Source: Candidatus Poribacteria bacterium
GTDB lineage: Bacteria > Poribacteria > WGA-4E > WGA-3G
Length of the DNA stretch: 64,000 bases
Direction: 5' to 3'
Assembly (NCBI GenBank): GCA_964291315.2
Contig: OZ219753.1
Span: 256,001-320,000 of the forward strand
Shown: positions 61,294 through 64,000 of the stretch, in pieces
How the letters are laid out: each line of letters begins with the position of its first letter
How positions within the stretch are numbered: position 1 is the stretch's first letter
Program-made: the position numbers and the translations under genes
The notes under the pieces: generated by a model
Seen by the model: only the letters and a program-made list of their open reading frames with translations
What the model was told of the DNA's origin: nothing
Databases searched by the model: none

Positions 61294-61628
61294 CACACAG
61301 TTGGTTTTCTACGTTTCTATCTATTAGGGGCAGGCCTTCGGAGTGGCCTCTTTTACTTACTTTCCCTGTCTACATGCCCCTTGTCTGAAACCGCCTTGCA
61401 GACGCCCCCTAACGCCTGCAAGTGCTGTCGCTCTTTTCACTATTGTCCTGATTCCCACGTTCGGAAGCGTTCGCAGTCGCCCCGCAACCTCTCATTTACA
61501 TCGTCTAAATATTTTGCCAGATCTATCTGTTATCATTTTCCGTTCCACTCTGTCGTGAGGTATAGAATTAATTGTCCGCATTGGTATTCCTTTCCAGCAA
61601 CAGGTGACCCTATTATAAAAAAACTTCT

Positions 61629-64000
61629 CTAGCGCTTACCTGATTCAAGAACTTCTCTTATTATCTCTTGGCTGCGAATGAGTTGTTGGGCGGACTCTTT
61701 TAGTAGGTTAAACGATTCTGTTACACTTTGGTGAATGTTTTCTTGCTCCTTCGTGGATAGCAATGGAATGGGGAAATCTAAAATATACCGTTCATTCAAG
61801 GTTGGATAGGAAGTCCAAATTGCACCTTTTAACGACCATTTCAGGAAATGTTTAGAGCGCAGAATAGACAGGAGCGACTCTTTATTGATCTGTCCTTTTT
61901 CTTTTAAAATACAGAAGGCACTTGTCCCGATCATATCATCTTCTTGAACAATAGTAATAGCACCTCTGTATGTTCTGACCTTAGAAATGATTAGATCCCC
62001 TTTCATCAAAATACGCTTTCCACCACCGGGCAAGTTTTTGCCCAACATTTCTTGTGGTATTATATTCCCAGTGTGAATATCAACACTCCCTATTTCTACG
62101 TAGCGGTAGAACTTTTCCGGATCTATCTTGAGGCTTTCTTTAGAAAGGTTAAATTCGTCTCCGATACGCGTATGTCCACCTGAGTAACTTTTCATCAGAT
62201 TTTCTATTTCCGTGTGTTTAGGGTGAAAGTAATATGCGTCTATACGTCTTGCTTTTTTGACATCCAAATAATTTTTCTCATAAGTATTGGGCAACGGTTT
62301 CCAATCTTCCACATTTGCGTCTGCAAAAGAAAGGTTAACTTTTCTCGCCCATTCAGCAAACGATTCAGCTATGCCTTTATCTAAATATCCATTATGGCTA
62401 TGCAAATCATGGTCAATAATTGTATGTCCGTTACTGTCTAGTATATTAACCCCACTACTGTCTTTGATATATTTATAGTTGCCTGAGCTATCTTTACCAC
62501 TTTTCTCACTTGATCCAAAAAATATCGGATAATCATATTCTTTCGGACAATAATCAGAGGCATTCTCGTCCTCATTCCATTTTTGAAGCAATAGAACGCC
62601 AGTTTTCGTGTCAGTGTGAGGCTTAAAGGTTTGTTCGTGTAAACTTATTACTGCCACAATACGAGCATGCTCGGTTATAAATTCTCGAATATTTTCGTAT
62701 GTAGGAGCCCCCAGTTTACCTTGTGGTAAAACAATTGCCATTCGGCCCCCAGGCTTTAAGAAATCCAAATTACGCTCAATGAATAAAATTTCACGTCCAA
62801 CCTGGTTTTTGATTTCCCCTTTTTTGTTAGTTGCAAGATCGTATAATTGAAGGATATGATTTTCTTTGATAGCTCCTGCAAACGGAGGATTCGCCATTAC
62901 TAAATCAAATTTGAATCGCCTATTGTCGTTTTTGTCAACACGCAAACGTTCTAGTCGCTTAAAACCTTCATTGTAGGTGTCTATCCAGTTTTTATTACTT
63001 ATGCGTTCATTCCAACGCTTGTAGTCCAATGTGTTAAGTTCCAATACGTTTGTTTCACCGTCACCAGCAATTAGGTTAAGGGTTCTAGCAACTCTAACCG
63101 TTTTTTCATCGAAATCAATGCCGAATACTTTTAGGACATGTTCCTTATCTTCATCCGAAATTTGGGCATCACTGAAGAGGCTACCGGTTAATTTGAAAAT
63201 GGTATGGATGGGGAACCCACAACTGCCTGCGGCGGTATCAATCATATATTCTCCCTGCTTCGGATTTAACATCTGGACACACATATCAATAACATGTCGA
63301 GGAGTAAAATATTGCCCTTTTTCACCCTTCGCTGACTTGTTGACGAGATACTCAAATGCCTCGTCTAAAACAATTAGATTTGAATTAAATAACTTGACAT
63401 CTTGTAAACTGGCGACACATATTGCTAAATGGCTATCGGTTAGTTCAATCTTAGAGCCTTCGGAGAAAACGCCCTGCCATTTCTCTTTGCTTTTCTCGAA
63501 CAGTTCTGAAATTTTTTCTTTCAGTTCGTGTTCGCTTTGTCCAGTATTTCTGAATGCCATCTCTCTAAAATGCTCATTCGAGATCTCATGTATATCAACG
63601 TTTTGTCGCTGGCGCCGCGCTATAAATTCTTTGTCCTTGCGACTTTCATATTCGTCATAGAGTTTGGTAAAGATCAGTTTAAATGCTTCTTCAAAGACAT
63701 CTATGCCCGCGTTTGCAAGCACCTCATCTTCAAGTTCCAGGATTACTTCTTTCAAGGTTCTCCTTTCCTGAACAAGTTTATCCCTTATAATGAGTTCTTT
63801 AAGAGTAAAGCGTTCCTTAAAAATATCTTCTAACCTTTGTTGCGAATTAGGAATATCAGGGATCTCCTCAAAATGGTTGGGAGGCTTGCGATGGTAATGA
63901 GATATGTCTTTCCCGTTTGTCCATACCCCTATCGGTGCCCCTGTTGTATTGCAGTACGAACGCAATTGATCCTTGCCTTCTTTCAACTTCGGTTGTTTCA
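61629..64000 (-). CDS. Restriction-modification fusion (HsdR-N-like endonuclease end, N6-adenine MTase, single TRD); 5' end outside the window
   Basis: K..KEGKDQL.SY...GVWTNG, GQYFTPR, DTAAGSCGF, ANPPF, C-terminal HsdS-like TRD; frame is open to the window edge; visibly AT-rich. Confidence 0.88.
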   Translation of the reverse strand, partial: KQPKLKEGKDQLRSYCNTTGAPIGVWTNGKDISHYHRKPPNHFEEIPDIPNSQQRLEDIFKERFTLKELIIRDKLVQERRTLKEVILELEDEVLANAGIDVFEEAFKLIFTKLYDEYESRKDKEFIARRQRQNVDIHEISNEHFREMAFRNTGQSEHELKEKISELFEKSKEKWQGVFSEGSKIELTDSHLAICVASLQDVKLFNSNLIVLDEAFEYLVNKSAKGEKGQYFTPRHVIDMCVQMLNPKQGEYMIDTAAGSCGFPIHTIFKLTGSLFSDAQISDEDKEHVLKVFGIDFDEKTVRVARTLNLIAGDGETNVLELNTLDYKRWNERISNKNWIDTYNEGFKRLERLRVDKNDNRRFKFDLVMANPPFAGAIKENHILQLYDLATNKKGEIKNQVGREILFIERNLDFLKPGGRMAIVLPQGKLGAPTYENIREFITEHARIVAVISLHEQTFKPHTDTKTGVLLLQKWNEDENASDYCPKEYDYPIFFGSSEKSGKDSSGNYKYIKDSSGVNILDSNGHTIIDHDLHSHNGYLDKGIAESFAEWARKVNLSFADANVEDWKPLPNTYEKNYLDVKKARRIDAYYFHPKHTEIENLMKSYSGGHTRIGDEFNLSKESLKIDPEKFYRYVEIGSVDIHTGNIIPQEMLGKNLPGGGKRILMKGDLIISKVRTYRGAITIVQEDDMIGTSAFCILKEKGQINKESLLSILRSKHFLKWSLKGAIWTSYPTLNERYILDFPIPLLSTKEQENIHQSVTESFNLLKESAQQLIRSQEIIREVLESGKR

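Noticed and set aside
61300-61628. Small ORFs between ilvD and the R-M gene
   Set aside because: No RBS or recognisable motif; probably decayed sequence
63031-63660. 209-aa antisense ORF (and similar long shadow ORFs in gltB, hppA, ilvD)
   Set aside because: Fully antisense to well-supported genes; no motifs or RBS

Overview
A 64-kb bacterial chromosomal window, about 46-48% GC by eye and gene-dense. It most likely comes from a Candidatus Poribacteria-like marine or sponge symbiont. This is inferred from the BMC genes, a LamG protein with a C-terminal KLxxTWxxLK motif, sulfatases and GTAG-headed REP-like hairpins. From left to right: a TPR protein; a satellite BMC locus (shell hexamer, PduL, flavoprotein-like); an uncharacterised envelope cluster (Tyr/Arg/Ser-rich secreted protein, DUF5683-like protein, lipoprotein, Wzz/GumC-like protein); an 820-bp structured intergenic region; a 1106-aa acidic outer-membrane protein with ExbB and two ExbD but no TonB; gltB; a type IIG R-M gene frameshifted at a G8 tract; an O-methyltransferase, a sulfatase, an M28 peptidase and mobA; a metal-uptake operon headed by a CxxC/RAPP leader (His-rich lipoprotein, TonB-dependent receptor, MerC-like); moeA; a two-domain rhodanese whose catalytic codon is an in-frame UGA (probable selenoprotein); a MATE transporter; an AAA ATPase between a decayed and an intact LamG gene; accD; topA-ftsE-ftsX-polX, with degenerate FtsE and PolX catalytic motifs; a phosphodiesterase; an 8-repeat propeller; a heptose/UDP-sugar/NYN operon; glyA, folC, a Na+,H+-type membrane pyrophosphatase and ilvD; and a low-GC restriction-modification fusion running off the right edge. 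No rRNA, tRNA, CRISPR array or intact transposase was seen.
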